Below are positions 61,926-64,000 of a stretch of DNA of 64,000 bases, in pieces. This stretch comes from Mobula hypostoma. Lineage: Eukaryota. The stretch lies in contig NC_086109.1 of the NCBI RefSeq assembly GCF_963921235.1, positions 83,018,001 to 83,082,000 of the forward strand, in the 5' to 3' direction. The translations under genes and the position numbers were made by a program. Each line of letters starts with the position of its first letter. Position 1 is the first letter of the stretch. The notes under the pieces were generated by a model that saw only the letters and a list, made by a program, of their open reading frames with translations, was not told where the DNA came from and made no database searches.

Positions 61926-63435
61926 TCTTTTAGATTTCCTTCTGTTTTTCTCGAGTGACTTGCTCTTTGTAATGCAGTCTCCTGGTGCTTTCTGTCTAAA
62001 CTTAGGTTTACTTTGATCAGCTCCTGGATTCCGAGTTTCTTGTAATGATTTAAACGGAAGCCCGATTAGCGTTAACTGCGATTTCACCAATCAACTTCCT
62101 AACTATTTACGACATCTCTCCCCTTCCCAGTTTCAACTACCACTTTATGTTTCTCTCTCTCCTCCCCCACTTCTTAAATCTACTTCTCATCTATTTTTTT
62201 CTCCAGTTCTGCCGAAGAGTCTCGAAACGTCAACTCTACTTTTTTCCATAGATGCTCTATGGCCTGCTGAGTTCCACCAGCATTTCATGTGTGTTGCTTC
62301 CACCTCCTTACACTCCTTGTTGACATGGGCTGCCGCTGGACAAGAGGTAATTACCTGGGTGTTAACAGGACAGGTTGTGATCAGATTTCCAAGCAGGGGA
62401 AGGGTATGTATGCATCCTTTACTTTTGCAAACAGAAAGTCCAGTGCTCCATGCCCCCTGTAGGGAAGCTGACATATTGATATAAAGTTGCTATTGTTGCC
62501 TCGAGGGAAACATGATTGAAATACCCGGTAACAGCCAACAGAAGCAAAAACATTAGAGTTCGTATTTTAACAAAGTTGGAAACAATAGCATCGCAAACTA
62601 CATTCACATCAACCAATAGTTGGATGTAAACTGCAACTAAAACGGCAGTTGAGTGAGAATTCCCGTACATTACACCCAATATCAGGTTTATTCATATTCA
62701 AAATCATTTACAGTTATAATAAATACCAAAAATGCTGACATAGATCGGTGGGACCCCACACTAGTCACAGCCCTCCAATCAGAGAATTGACATTCTTCTT
62801 CCTATCGAAATAACTCTGAATCCACCTCACAAGCTCCCATGAATCCCATGTGACCAAACTGTCGAAAGTCCGCCTGCCACACAGGACCTTGTAAAGTCCA
62901 AAATTGATTCCATATTGACAACCTTCATCGCTCTAACTGCATCCAAGCTCTTCCTTACCTCCCTAAAAAGCTCAAAATGATGTTGCAGGTACAACTTCCG
63001 AATGGGCTGTGCTGAATGAGTTCCCTTCATGGAGCGTACATTGTCAACTCTAGCTGAGCGGGCACTGGAAATCAGAACTTCGTTCCCTAACATATTCCCT
63101 GAGTTGGTAATTTTAAAATGTTTCTACACAAATGCATTGTAAACATACTCAGCCTCAAGCTGGTTATAAAATGTACCCAAAAATAACCAGGATTAGAGAA
63201 GTAATTACAATTTTACACTTACTAATAAAGAACACATCATGAGTGATAGAAAGAATTTCTTTGATGCCGCAAACACGAGGAAATCTGGAGATGCTGGAAA
63301 TTCTTCCTATAGATGCTGCCTGGCCTGCTGCGTTCCACAAGCATTTTGTCTGTGTTTCTTTCATGTTGTTGTGATTTCAGCAAAGGAAAAGTGACCTGCA
63401 TTTCTCGGCTCTTTGGAGACAAGTCTAGGAGATTG

Positions 63436-64000
63436 GGTCATATTCAATGTGATACATTCACTTTTTCTTCAGTCCTGCCGGATGTTTTTATCAGTATGAA
63501 CAATGTTGTTTGGCTTGTATCTCCTGAGTCAGCACAGAAGTCAAAGTCAAGATTATTGCCAGACGCACAAGTATGTACATTAGATTAAATTAGATTCAAC
63601 TTTATTGTCATTGTGAGAGTACAGATACAAAGCCAATGAAATGCAATTAGCATCTGACCAGAAGTGCAAAAGAATTGTATTATTTACAAAATAACTGCAA
63701 AGAAAAAGTAAATGCTACAGCATACAATTATAACAGTACTGAGACGGTCCAGTATGGGTGCAATACTGCTTAGTGCTGTGATGAGAGGTTCAGCAGAGTC
63801 ACAGACTCAGGGAAGAAGCTCTTCCTGTGCCTGCTGGTGCGAGAGCAGAGGCTTCTGTAGCGCCTACCAGATGGGAGGAAAGTGAAACGTCCATGATTAG
63901 GGTGAGATGCATCCTTGAAGATGCTTTTCTCCCTGCCCAGGCAGCGTTAATGGTGGATGTTGTCAATGGTGGGCAATTGGGTGCTGATAATCCGCTGGGC
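63436..64000. repeat. Near-identical repeat of window positions 1-565 (includes the Rex1 LINE tail)
   Basis: Only about two substitutions seen by eye versus 1-565. Confidence 0.92.

Larger units (their letters stand above)
54514..62128. repeat. Recent direct tandem duplication (3750-bp and 3865-bp units), one UGT each
   Basis: Stops at 56259 and 60009 are 3750 bp apart; junction at 58264 with agtt microhomology. Confidence 0.95.
41217..63435. repeat. Segmental duplication unit 3 (22,219 bp)
   Basis: 41217 and 63436 both match window position 1. 41217-54900 is collinear with 1-14300, and 46745-63435 with 28348-41216. Confidence 0.9.

Overview
Eukaryotic, repeat-dense vertebrate DNA. The repeat families suggest a cartilaginous fish, probably a ray (inference). 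The window is a tandem cluster of minus-strand UDP-glucuronosyltransferase (UGT) genes whose coding regions have no introns. Two ORFs are intact (14570-16183, 60009-61613). One copy is broken by a single 1-bp deletion (56259-57862), one is a multiply disabled full-length pseudogene (37940-39552), two are 3'-half pseudogenes (5560-6966, 45537-46744) and three are 5' fragments (12021, 33448, 51788). The copies lie in nested segmental duplications: a 3.75-kb unit, an 18-22-kb unit and probably a ~63.4-kb unit, with signs of mosaicism between units. Intergenic DNA is almost all decayed transposons: CR1 and Rex1/L2-type LINEs, Penelope-like elements (RT plus GIY-YIG), a Gmr1-type Gypsy LTR element with integrase before RT, hAT/Charlie, Harbinger, Tc1 and a DNA transposon with 6-bp target-site duplications (TSDs). 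The most notable non-coding signal is a family of 100-250-bp ORF-less fold-back insertions. Each is built from inverted Penelope terminal repeats that carry a minimal hammerhead-ribozyme motif, with a 34-37-nt tail and a 13-14-bp TSD. Empty sites in the paralogous units confirm these are insertions. All alignments were done by eye, so repeat boundaries are approximate unless TSDs or terminal inverted repeats (TIRs) are quoted.
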